From Eledone cirrhosa (lineage: Eukaryota): a stretch of 64,000 nt of DNA. The notes beneath the pieces are model-generated. The model searched no databases and was not told the origin of the DNA. It saw only the letters and a list, made by a program, of their open reading frames with translations. Of the stretch, positions 1-12,309 are shown in pieces; position 1 is the stretch's first letter, and the number at the start of each line of letters is the position of its first letter. The position numbers and the translations under genes are program-made. The stretch covers positions 351,540,001 to 351,604,000 of the forward strand of contig OZ024742.1 in NCBI GenBank assembly GCA_964016885.1. The letters run 5' to 3'.

Positions 1-17
1 TCACTTCAATTTATTAT

Positions 18-138
18 TGAAGTGAAAGAAACTGGTGCGTGTGTTTCTTATTGGCAACATGACCCACCCAAAGTATAACAATATCGGTTTCAACACACGA
101 TTTCAGATAAATAATCTTGCTAAACAAATTCAGAAACG

Positions 139-140
<2 letters not shown>
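18..140 (-). repeat. Interspersed repeat fragment abutting (TA)n; probable 3' part of an HHR/PLE-derived element
   Basis: Near-identical copy at ~37817-37941 and a partial copy at ~59960-59992. All three run into (TA)n or (CA)n at the same point (aaacaaattcagaaRcgaaa). Confidence 0.75.
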
Positions 141-213
<73 letters not shown>

Positions 214-779
214 GAGTATCTTACTTACTGTGGTTACCTCCGATTCAACCCGGAATAATAATTTAGCTTACTTATATATATATATATACAAATTCAAAGG
301 AGTATATATATATAATTATACATATTCACATATACATATATTAGTCTGGCTACCTTTCACGGTGTGGCTCAATATAGAATTAATTAAGCAAATAATCATT
401 AATCAGAGCTGTATATAAAATTGCAAGTTTGAAGAACTATTAGATAAAATATATACAGTATCTCCTCTCCCTAGTCCGTATAAATCAGCCACATAAAAAT
501 AATTTAAACGAGGCTATAACTTTAAAATATAACCATGAAGAAATAATAGACAAACGATACAGGCTATCTTCCGCGATATCAAGCCATATTAATTTTATCT
601 TGTTATTTATTTTAGCCTGTAGAAATTAACTACACGGAGGTAGGTACAAAATAGAAGTTTGAAGAAAAAATGCACATACACTTTACTAACATTCCTCTAG
701 TCCCGACTACCGGTAGTTTTGTTTCTTTTCTGTGGATATACCCTATCTATGGAGTTTATTTAAAACTCCATAGCAACTG

Positions 780-1228
780 CTTTTCCTACCCACTCATATT
801 TGTCTACTTAATATGCTTTTATACCTGTATTGTATTATGTGATACATTTGCCATACTGTGATATATATGCTTAGTACCATTACTTGTTTCTTACCTGGTT
901 ATTATGTACATGTCTAATACCTCTGCATTCTATCTATACCTTTGCATATGTACCGCTAATGTCCTCGTTTTGCGGGTAACTTTCTTCTTTAATCCTCTAT
1001 AAATATTGTATTATTCATTTATAATATTTGTCGCACCCACTGATACTGACCATATCATCATCACTCTTTAAATATGACACTGTTAATGACATTACTAACA
1101 TCTTCGTATATTTACGATTGTTCTGTGGAATAGGAGGTTAATTATACGTCTAAACTTTGCTAGTGCTCCAATGAATCCAAACGAAAGTTTAGAAGAAACG
1201 ATTGTCAGCAATAAAATGTTTTGAACAT
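780..1228 (+). mobile_element. Non-coding PLE-derived element with decayed hammerhead (1164-1210)
   Basis: Homologous to ~35600-36013. Motif TGCT-ccaatga-atccaaac gaaa gtttagaa-GAAAC gatt GTC-AGCA. Confidence 0.6.
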
Positions 1229-1244
1229 AGTTTTGATTATCCTG

Positions 1245-1301
<57 letters not shown>

Positions 1302-1306
<5 letters not shown>

Positions 1307-1900
1307 ATAAATGCGGAGGGTCATATTCTTGTAATAATACTCCCAGAAATAATAACAGAACACACTCACAGTTTGGTTGGTTTTCGCTTCTGAATCTCCA
1401 TAGTTAATTCATTTGGCCATCAATGTTTATCATTGACTGACCAACGGTCAGAAATACAGATATAAGTACATAGATATAGTTTAACCAATGTCTTTCGTTG
1501 AACATCTGCAGCATCATCAGTGGTACTATTATCGTTTCCCAGCTGTATTGTATGTATTGTAGTGTCTACGCCATTTTTATTTTATCTATATTTAGTTATT
1601 TTTGTCCTCGCGTCTGCGCAGTCGTTTGCATGTGGGTATAGTGTTTGGTGTGCGTGTTCGCGTTTCTGTGTCTGTGTTTTGGTTATTGTTTTCTATCTTA
1701 GATTATTAGTGTGTGTTTATATATGGTTGATGTTATTGTGCTTGAGTTTTATAATATATATAAAATATATAAAATATAACTGGTATCGATGTATGAGTGT
1801 AAACCACCTCATGACGTGTTGAATATTACAATTAAAAACAATTAATAATTATGAACTTAAAAGTGTTGAAATGGTCTATTCGTCTTACTTGTTTCAACAC
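1302..1900 (+). mobile_element. Interspersed repeat between (TA)n tracts
   Basis: Homologous to ~51219-51720 (ggagggtcatatt...aataacagaacacactcac...ttgactgaccaacggtca). Its start resembles the reverse complement of the 18-140 repeat. Confidence 0.65.
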
Positions 1901-1905
1901 ATATC

Positions 1906-1949
<44 letters not shown>

Positions 1950-2073
1950 GGAAACGAATGAAATGAAATTTCATTTCTCACTCTTAGTACGGCTGATACT
2001 TAAATATAAGTATGTATAAGTACATACATATATGTATACAGACGTAGAGTAATATGTATATATATACATACAT

Positions 2074-2149
<76 letters not shown>

Positions 2150-2265
2150 ACGTATGGGTTTACCGAACATTTATTATAATGTTCGGTTTGTTTGTAAACA
2201 AACATCCCCAAGTAAGCCGTACGGTGTTCGGCAACCATCCTCGCCCTTTTGTTCAACACTGACAA

Positions 2266-2308
2266 ACGATGAACTAGTTTCAATTTTATTAGCTATCGTC
2301 AGCATCGT
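2266..2308 (-). ncRNA. Type I hammerhead ribozyme, minimal (stem II decayed)
   Basis: ACGATG-CTGACGA-tagctaataaaatt-GAAAC-ta-GTT-CATCGT: 6-bp stem I and palindromic ACTAGT stem III. Confidence 0.7.
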
Positions 2309-2733
2309 ATACCTTCCTGTCAGATGATTGAACGTTTGAAAGTATATACTTTCCTTATGCATATTAACAGCTGAGCAGCCTAATTTGCATATCGAGTGAG
2401 TTAGTCGGCAGGGTGTACTGAAAACTATGCGGCTTAATTCGGCTCTTTGTTTACAAACAAACCGAACAATATAATAAATGTTCGGTAAACCCATACGTAC
2501 ATATATATATATATGTGTGCATGTATGTATATATATACATATTACTCTACGTCTCTATACATATATGTATGTACGTATACATACTTATATTTAAGTATCA
2601 GCCGTACTAAGAGTGAGAAATGAAATCGCCCGGGCGACTAACTCACTCGATATGCAAATTAGGCTGTTCAGCCGTTAATATGCATAAGGAAAGTATATAC
2701 TTTCAAACGTTCAATCGTCTGACAGGAATATAT

Positions 2734-2779
2734 GGAACGTTGACGATAGCTAAGAAGCTTGATACTAGTTCATCGTTCC
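2734..2779 (+). ncRNA. Decayed hammerhead, inverted copy of 2266-2308
   Basis: ggaacg-ttgacga-t AGCT aaga AGCT t-gatac-ta-gtt-catcgttcc: stem II intact, core mutated. Confidence 0.55.
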
Positions 2780-2888
2780 TTTGTCAGTGTTGAACAAAAG
2801 GGCGACGATGGTTGCCGAACACTGTACTGCTTAATCCGGGCTGTTTGTTTACAAAGAAACCGAACATGATAATAAATGTTCGGTAAAC

Positions 2889-2940
<52 letters not shown>

Positions 2941-3005
2941 ATGTATGTGTATATAAATATACTACTGTACGCCTGTATACATATATGTATGTACGTATAC
3001 ATAGT

Positions 3006-3115
<110 letters not shown>

Positions 3116-3686
3116 GCTACTCATTTACCGGTACAGTCGAATGGCAGTGTTGACTCAGAACCCGATAAAAGTGTATACTTGGAACGAAAAACCTGTTCCA
3201 TCTTAGGATGCACTACTACCCTAGATGTACATAACGCAACTTGCAGTGTACCTCCGAGTTTCCAGAAACCAATCGAATATATCATTTGATATCTATTGTT
3301 GAGTTGCAGGTTCGTTTTTAACAAGTCTGTATATTTCGTTGTTGTAGTATTAATGTGCAACATGCCTCTGGTCTCATTAATCATAGTGTCACTATCATCT
3401 ACCTTCGTGGCTGTTCACTCTGAGCGGAAATTTGTTAATTAACCTATCATCGATTGCTTTGCGAAAGTCTTCGAAGATCGGGTGCTAATCTGCTACTTGA
3501 AGTTGCTACCTCGAATATACTCATTACTATATGATAGAAAGAGTCGAACCCTGACGCATGAGCTCTCCCAGTTTCAATAGCTAATGACAGATTTGATAAT
3601 ATAGACATACTCTAATACCCAAAGTATCGAGTAATCTGTGGAGTAATAGACTAATTAGTGTTAAACTGGTTCTATCCTATTATATA

Positions 3687-3731
<45 letters not shown>

Positions 3732-5359
3732 ATGTGTATGCGTGTGTGTTTGCATGCGTGTGTGTGTATTTGTGTTAGTGCGTGTGTGCGTGTTCGAAAT
3801 TAATTTTATTTTTATTTTTTACCTGAAACAAGATATACCGTGATTGTCCATCGACTAAAAACCAGCGATAATTCATTGAATACAGATTATAAATCCTGAT
3901 GTCTGGGTTTTTGATAATTTGTAAATCATTCAAAAAATTAAATATTTAAACACACCAACTTCCATGCTTAATGGAAATTGGAATATTCCAAAAATACTTT
4001 GTTCACGAATTTTAAAATCCAAATCAATCTTTTAGATTCAATTCATCTTAATCCTTTTGTCTGCGATCAGACATAACATCAACGACATGTAATTTAAGAG
4101 ACGATGATTAATAGGGGGTAGGAAGCCGTAGTAAAAACGATTTAGCTATGAGGTTACAACCTTTCGTTTCGACACACAATGTAAATTCTATAAGTCTCTC
4201 TAAATATTCTACATCAGTTTTGTGAGCAGTCACAACCGACTGCCGTTCTTTAATAGAAGGCTACTCAAAGTATACAGAAGTATTCCTTCTCTCCAATTGA
4301 GAGACAATGTAATTTCTTAATTGCGTCTCAGTCGCTTTTCCATTAAGAATATGGGTGTAGGTAATTCTAAGAAGAAATCGATACCGTTGTTTCCTTTCAT
4401 CATTAAATCTTTGATTTCTTCTGCAATTTATGTTATAATCAAAAGATTTCAATGCTCAGTCATTGAACAAAATACGCATTCACTGATAAACATTCTAACA
4501 TACACAATCACAGAAACATATATTTTTATCTATCTATCTCTCACTACGAGTATATATATATATGTATATGTATGTATGTGTGTGTACACACACACAAACA
4601 CATACCCACATGTATATATGTATATGTATGTGTATGTGTGTGATAAGCATTATATTATTATATGATAAATAAAATGTAATTAAAACATATAGGAATATAT
4701 GATTACTTTTGAACTAATTCGGTTTTCAATCGATAATGTAAATTATGGACACCGACATTTTCATTACATCAGTTTTTGTACAATCATAATAACTGATCTA
4801 AGTTTAGTCATGTTTTGAATTATGTTCTCTGTATATTTTCAAAACATATCTATATTTCTGACACTATATGTTTTACACTAACCTAACACATGCTCTTACA
4901 TAAGAAATACACCTCCACTAATATTGTTGTAGTTGGTTCAATGTTGTTATTTATTGCGATTGTTTTACCACTTAACGTAAACTAAATGAACTAAAGTGAT
5001 GACAATGATTCACGTTAACTTGATTTAGAGTGAGACGTATGTAACACAACTTAGGATTACATTAACATAATTCTGTTCACTATTAACTAATGACTTAGTG
5101 GTAAAAGTCGTTGGAGACATGTACGATACATCAACACTTCCCACCTTATATAAAGGTTATCAAGAGCTATAAATGCATCCATATTTAAAGAACAAAACAG
5201 CACAAAATAAAATATTATTGTGAAAATTAAAATATTTCGACGATAGCAATAGAGACACTTACGCATACACACACACACACACAAATACACACACACATAT
5301 ACACGCACACGCTCACACGCACACACACATACACACACACGCACAAATATATATATATA

Positions 5360-5444
<85 letters not shown>

Positions 5445-6232
5445 GTGTGCCATAAAAAGCAAAGTCACAACACTAACACTCCCTGTGTATTTTCCCTATT
5501 ATAAATGCCCCAATTGGTAACAAAAAACATATTTTGTATCAAATAATTTATTTTGAGCGTTGCCTATGTCATGGTGATTATAGTGGTATGTGTGAGATTA
5601 TGTTACATGAAATCATGAAAATGTGAAACCAGATATGACCATACAATAATTGTTTATTTTATTAATCCAATATTTCATATGATTTCCCTTTTTAGAAAAT
5701 TAATAAAGGGAAATCATATCAAACCCCAGACTACCATTTGCCTCCATTATGGACCTACCAAGCGCGCTTGCCATAATAACACATTTTGAACTGCTTATCC
5801 TCAAGAACTATGCCTGTAAATAATATTATTCTTTCTTTCCCATTACCTTATCATGTTCCAAATCACCTCCTTTTTTTCTTTTTTTCTTTTTACTTCAAAA
5901 CCTTGTTTGTATGTAATATTATTCTTTCTTTTCCATTTCCTTAACATGTTCAACATCACATTATTTTCTCTCCAACATTTTAACCAATACAAATTCCCCC
6001 CTTTGATAAAGCATAACATGCTGAAACCGGTAATAGACAATTATTAAATAGATAAATCGATAAATAAATAAATAAATGCCATTATTAATTAAAAAATAAA
6101 TTAACTAATACCTTAACACTTCACACAAAGAAAATATTTTGTTTTAAACATTTTCTAACCTCCAAAAAGGAGAAAAACATAAAAGGAACAAATATATTTT
6201 ACTTCCTAATAATAGCCTTTTTCTCCCTATTT

Positions 6233-6307
<75 letters not shown>

Positions 6308-7685
6308 GTATGTATGTATGTATGTATGTATGTATGTATGTATGTATGTATGTATGTATGTGTGTGTGTATGTATGTATGTATGTGTGTATGTATGTGTG
6401 TGTGTGTGTATGCTAGTGTGTGTCTGTGTGTGTATCAACATTGTCAACCTCTGACTTTTAAGCTTACATTTTTGAAGATTATATTGGTATGTTTGCACAA
6501 AATGGTCATGGAGTATGTTAAGCGATATTTCTGGAATTAAAATTTAGCAGTAGATAAATTCCTTACATATTCGAAGATAACATGGAGCAAAATTATGAAA
6601 AGCCTTTGATAATACATCTATAGCTGTAGACGAAGTATCTATGAGATAAGGCAGTACTGACTTAACGGAAACATCATAGTGTGATACGATTTGAACACGC
6701 TGATATAAAGGAAATTATTTCGATATCTTCGTCGAGTTATATTATCACCTCATTGACCGGATTTGATACCCGCATGACAATTCAATACACTTGGAAAGAG
6801 CTGGTGTTTAAAATTGCATTAAAAAAAATTTAGTTAATATTAATCTGTTGATGTCAGGAACATCAAGTTCTACAAATAGAAAACTCAACATTGTAGACCC
6901 ACCAATATTGTATATAATTATACCGAAACCTAAGTTTAACAACGTCGACAAAATGTCGGAATGGAATTAGGTTGATGTTTCTGGTTGTCAAATATTATCC
7001 CATGAGAGAGAGAGAGAGATAGAGATAGAGAGAGAGATTGTGTGTAAATGACAGGCAGATATCACCATAGCAACTAACTACAATTCAATGAATTTTTCTT
7101 CGTTATACTTGCAATTTGACACCACCCGTAAATCCCGGATTGCGTCTTCCTTTCTCGAGAAACCGTTCGTCTCCCGAGACGTTTTATGTTCGGGTAAAAT
7201 TGTTCGTGGGCTGATACTCTCTTGTAGTAATCACATTGTTTGTTATTACTACAATAGAGGTGTGACCAGCTTTTGATTCCAGAGTTGGGCCAGATCGATA
7301 CAGATCAAACCTTGATCTGATCAATATCGAAGCGTGCGTCACCAATCAATAAAGGTAATGTAGGCTTAACAAATCGTCCTTGTATTATTATATTACAAAC
7401 TGTCTAGCTCTACACCTCGCCACTGACGTAAAACTAAACATCGAGTGTTCTCCTGGGTGAACCTACCGTAACCTGACATTAGACTCCCTGGATATATATT
7501 TATATACATATACACCTATTTATTAATCCTCCACAGTAGTTTGTCATGGACAGTTATAAGCCAAATTCTGTAGGGCTAGAGTGTAGCGTGTGATGGTTAG
7601 AGAAGCTAATACCTAAAAGCATGTGTAACAAAAACGTCTTAAATGTATTGTACATATACATATAACATGTCATTAATTTAATAGA

Positions 7686-8012
7686 TAGGGTAAGGGTAAA
7701 AGCCCCCTTCAGTCACAAATGCTCATGGAAATTGCATCTTGAAAGTTCCCCTCCGAGGCACAAGTTGTTTTGGGAAGACCAACATTCGCCCATGTATACC
7801 ATTTTCCTCTCTGGAAACCATCGATGCTTTCCAAGGGTAAGGCCATGAACGATATAGCTTGACACCAGTGACGTCGCAACTCATTTTTACAGCTGAGTAA
7901 ACTGGAAAATGTGAAATAAAGATTCAGGCGCAACGACACAACACAAATCACAATCCGCGAATCGAACTGACAATCTCACCACTCTACAGGCGACGCTCTC
8001 ACCACTAAGTAA
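7686..8012 (-). mobile_element. tRNA-derived SINE with CORE-like central domain
   Basis: Minus strand has a tRNA-like head (tagtggtgagagc...gttcgattcgc), then gtgttgtgtcgttg...ccagtttactcagctgtaaaaatgag (CORE-like), and ends in ttacccttaccc. Confidence 0.6.
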
Positions 8013-8039
8013 TAGAATTCAACTTTCGTAGATATGATC

Positions 8040-8222
8040 ATTGTTTCTACTTTAGGTACAAGGACAGCAATTACACAGTACATTACTGGTATTTTATTTT
8101 ATCGACCCCGTAAGGATGAAAGGCAAAGTTAACCTCGGCGGGATTTGAACTCAGACTGTAAATGGACGTAACTGTGCCAGAAAGCATGGCGTCCAACCCT
8201 CTACCGAAACTGCCAATTCACC
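8040..8222 (-). mobile_element. tRNA-derived SINE (Meta-domain-like family)
   Basis: A-box tggcagtttcgg, B-box gagttcaaatcc, central ttgcctttcatccttacggggtcgataaaa. AGATATG at 8030-8036 and 8223-8229 is a possible target-site duplication (TSD). Six copies in the window. Confidence 0.85.
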
Positions 8223-9118
8223 AGATATGGCCTGGTCATTTCAATAAATAAATAACAAACATATCGTAAGAATTATTCTGTCCTTATTTTCAATATCCAT
8301 GGATTGTCTCAGGGATTGCAAGTTTGTTATTATACTCGGTATACATTTATGACAACATATTGTCTCATATTGAGAAAAGTAATATCTATCTACACATAAC
8401 AGACATAGAGTCATGTGCAATTAGTTTTTATTATAATTCAGCAGGTGTAGAAACAATTATTTAAGAACACCAACACTGATTCGAAAATTGTACAATATAA
8501 AGAAAGCCAAAATCATTAAGGGAATATTTATGGATGAAAGTGAACTAGTGCCAGGACCACAAATTATACACACCATATGTGCCGAGCATTCTTGGGAATC
8601 TATTGATAAATAATGTTAAATTGCCTGCATAATAATTATTTTAAATGCCATTACAAATATATGAAAATAAACTGAATTATGAAAAAAAAAAAGAGCAATA
8701 TAAAAATAAAAATGGGAAAATTATATATAATTGTGAAAAATAAGTTGAAATTACTGACAAAACATTGAAATCAGCGGGAAATATAGAAGGAAAGCTGAAG
8801 AAAGAAGTAAACATATCAGGAAGAAGTTCCATTTGCTAGATAAAACATGTTTCATACTTACTTTCTTATAATGGCAAACAATTAAATACAAAATGTAAAA
8901 AAGTAGCAAGATCTTATAAGAACAAAAGAGCAGGTGGTTTTGAAAATGTCTTTATTGATTAGTCTCGATTTCTTTCTATTCAATTTAAATATGGTAGAGG
9001 AGTTTTTCTCTTCAGAATTTTATTTTTCTTCTTCATATCATTTTACGCTTTCATTACAACCCCATATATAGCATTACCAGCATACACAACAAAATATTGC
9101 CGACATAACAACTGTAAG

Positions 9119-9190
<72 letters not shown>

Positions 9191-9203
9191 CACTACTACT
9201 ACT

Positions 9204-9239
<36 letters not shown>

Positions 9240-9258
9240 GAGACAATAATAATAATAA
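9119..9258 (+). repeat. (CTA)n-(TAA)n microsatellite
   Basis: Read directly. Confidence 0.95.
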
Positions 9259-12008
9259 TGAGGAAACAACAAACAAGAAATATCAGAAATGAGGAAACAA
9301 CAAACAAGAAAGATCAGTACCTTGGTGGAAGAAACGACTGAATGGTCAAATCACGGAAATGAGAAATGTCAATGGAAAGCTTGAGTCACTACTGAATGGG
9401 ACACTAAAAGACATAGACACTAAAAATAGACTGGAAATAAAGTACAAAACTAGGAGGAAAAAGCTAAATATTATCATAGAGGAACTGAAGCAACCCATTG
9501 TAGTAAAGAGTGCAAAAATCAGGCGATACGAGAGCAGAGTCAGTTAATATAGACAGAACCGCATGTTTGACAACAATCAGAAGGTGTTGTTTGGACAGCT
9601 TGAAGGGAAAGAAAGTGGCAACGACTTGATCCCTGAGGCGGAACAAACTAAGACATTCTAGAGAGGAATATGGGAGCAAGATGTTAAACATAATGATCAG
9701 GCAGTGTGGATTGAGACAGTTCAAAAGGAGATTAGTGACCAGGCACACCAACAAACTGATTTGAGTATAACAGTTAAAACTCTCAAGGTGCAGGCCAAAT
9801 AACTAACCAACTGGAAATCACCAGGCCCAGATGGTGTGCAGGGGTATTGGATTAAACATGTAACATCCCTCCACCCGAAACTGACAACCATGTTTAATGA
9901 CTGCTTGATGTCAGGTGAGGTACAAGAGTGGTTGACAAAAGGTACCACAGTTCTGGTAATGAAAGACCAAATCAAGGGTAATGATGTTACCAACTATAGA
10001 CCTATCACATGTCTGTCCGTAATGTGGAAACTGTTGACAAGCATTGTGTCTGAGGAAATCTACCATCACCTCCCCACACACAACTTGTTACCGGACGAAC
10101 AGAAAGGATGCCGAAATAAGTCCCGTGGTACAAAGGACTAGCTACTTATTGATAAGATTATAATGAGGAATTGCAAGAGGAGACACACTGGTCTTGCCAT
10201 GTGATGGATAGACTACAAAAAGGCATTTGACATGGTGCCTCTTTCTTGGATCACCAAAAGCCTAGAGATCTTCAAGGTGGCAGATAACATCAGACAGTTG
10301 TTGAGCAAAAGTATGAAGTCCTAGAAAACAGAGTTAACATCAGCTGGAGAATCCTTGGGAGGCGTGAAGATCGAGAGAGGTATCTTCCAGGGAGATAGTC
10401 TGTCCCCTCTGTTGTTTGTCCTTGCCCTGATGCCTCTGACCATTATACTGCGAAAAGTGAGAGCAGGAAACAAGTTGGGAAAGGGAGAGCTTACCATCAA
10501 TCACCTCCTCTTCATAGACGATCTTAAGGTATTCTGGAAGAGTGAGGAGGAGTTGGATGTGCTCGTTGTCACTGTCCGTATTTTCAGCAATGATATATGT
10601 ATGCAATTTGGTATTAGTAAGTGTGGAGTCCTTGTGATGAAGAGGGGTAAATTGAGCAGAAGCAACGGAATCCAGGTACCAACAGGTGAGATGGTTAAGG
10701 AAATTGACACTGAAGAAGTATACAAGTATTTGGGTATTCTGGAGGCTGATGACATCAAGAACAAAAAAATGAAGGAATTGATAAGATCTGAATACATTCG
10801 GAGAGTAGGGAGCGTATTAAAGTCACATCTGAACAGTAGGAATGCCATACATGCAGTAAATTCCCGAGCTGTGTCTATTGTTAGATACAGTGCGGAAATT
10901 ATGAGATGGAATGTTGCTGACAAAAATAAATGGATAGGAAGACTAGGAAGCTATTGGCTATCTACAACATGTGCCACAAGAGGAGTGATGTCGATAGACT
11001 GTACTTAAGGAGATTTGTAGGTGGAAGAGGTCTTATCAGCATAGAGGACTGTGTTCAGATGGAGAAAAACAACCTACACAAATTCGTGACCGATAGTAAG
11101 GAGCCAATACTCAGAATTGTACTGAACTAGAGGACAATAGACCAGGGGATGTCCAAGGAGGAAATAACAACGAGGAGAAAGAGAAACCTTCATGAAAAAT
11201 CCCTTCATAGTACAATCTTTGAGAAAACTGAATTCAGAGATCAACAGACATGGAACTGGTTGAGAAGAGGAGACCTTACAAGGCTACAGAAGGAATGCTA
11301 ATGGCTGCGCAAGAGTAGGCACTCAAAAGAAGTGGCTGAAACACCATATTTACAAGGAGGAGGTTAGCCCACTGTGCAGGATCTGTGGAGAGAGAGAGGA
11401 GACTGTGGCTCAAATTGTATCCGAGTGTAAACACATAGCCCAGACTCACTATAAAGGCTGGAGACATGATGTGATGGACAGGATGATCCACTGGCACCTA
11501 TGCAAAGTAAACAATTTACCACATTCTGAGAAGTGGTATGAGCATAAGCCAGAGTTGGTGATAGAAAACGATCAGGTGAAGGTGCTGGGGGATTTTAGGA
11601 TACAGACGGACAAGAAAATGGAACACCATAGACCTTACCTGGTCGTTTTGGACAAGGAAAAAATATCGTGCCTGATTGTGGATGTGGCCTGCCCATTCGA
11701 CACGAGAGTGCAAGAGAAGGGGAGGGAGAAAATTAACCGATAACAGGACTTAAAGTGGGAGGTAAAAAGGATTTGGAAGTGCCATGAAGTGAAAGTGTCA
11801 TAGGCGCACTAGGTACTATCTCAAAAAGTTTCTAGGGATGGTTAAAGAAAATTGGCCCCGCCACGCTTTTTGGAACACTTCAAAAGGCATGCTTGCTGGG
11901 AACAGCAAGAACTCTCCGATATATCGTGAATATCTGAGGCTGCAGGTAGTGGCTTCATATTCATTTCAACAGACTTTCCAGTTAACTAACATCAATGACT
12001 GAGACTCA

Positions 12009-12010
<2 letters not shown>
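9258..12010 (+). mobile_element. 5'-truncated, degenerate R4/Dong-clade non-LTR retrotransposon (family 1)
   Basis: RT motifs NYRPITCLS, IDYKKAFD, GIFQGDSLSPLLF and HLLFIDDLK. C-terminal CRIC...ETVAQIVSEC, RHD and RPYLVV..CLIVDVACP (restriction-like endonuclease). Many stops. (TAA)n on both sides. Confidence 0.9.
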
Positions 12011-12046
<36 letters not shown>

Positions 12047-12309
12047 TTTCTTTATTAACCACAAGGGTTTACATAAAGTAGACATTAAGGACAGTGCAGG
12101 ACAATGCAGGACGGTACAAATGGGCATTTCTGCGTGTAAAAAAAAAAAAAAAACAGAGGATGTAACAAAAATAACAATGAAAATAACAATGAAAAATTCC
12201 CCAATAGGGGGGAGACTTCGGAGGGACATTTGTGGAGAAAGCCCAGTAAAAAGCCACAATGACCCTGACCACCAAGGCAAGTGCCCTCTCCCAGTTTTCC
12301 ACCTTTAGT

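Noticed and set aside
1303-1898. Solo LTR (TGTT...AACA ends)
   Set aside because: No TSD or primer-binding site, the homolog at 51219 does not share the end, and the similarity fits the HHR/PLE-type repeats better.
3417-3645. Hammerhead-like halves (ctgagcg...gaaagtcttcgaagatc; minus gaaac...gtc)
   Set aside because: Cores are too degenerate to call; possibly old relics.
7950-8012. tRNA gene
   Set aside because: Degenerate cloverleaf that continues into a SINE body, so it is a SINE head.
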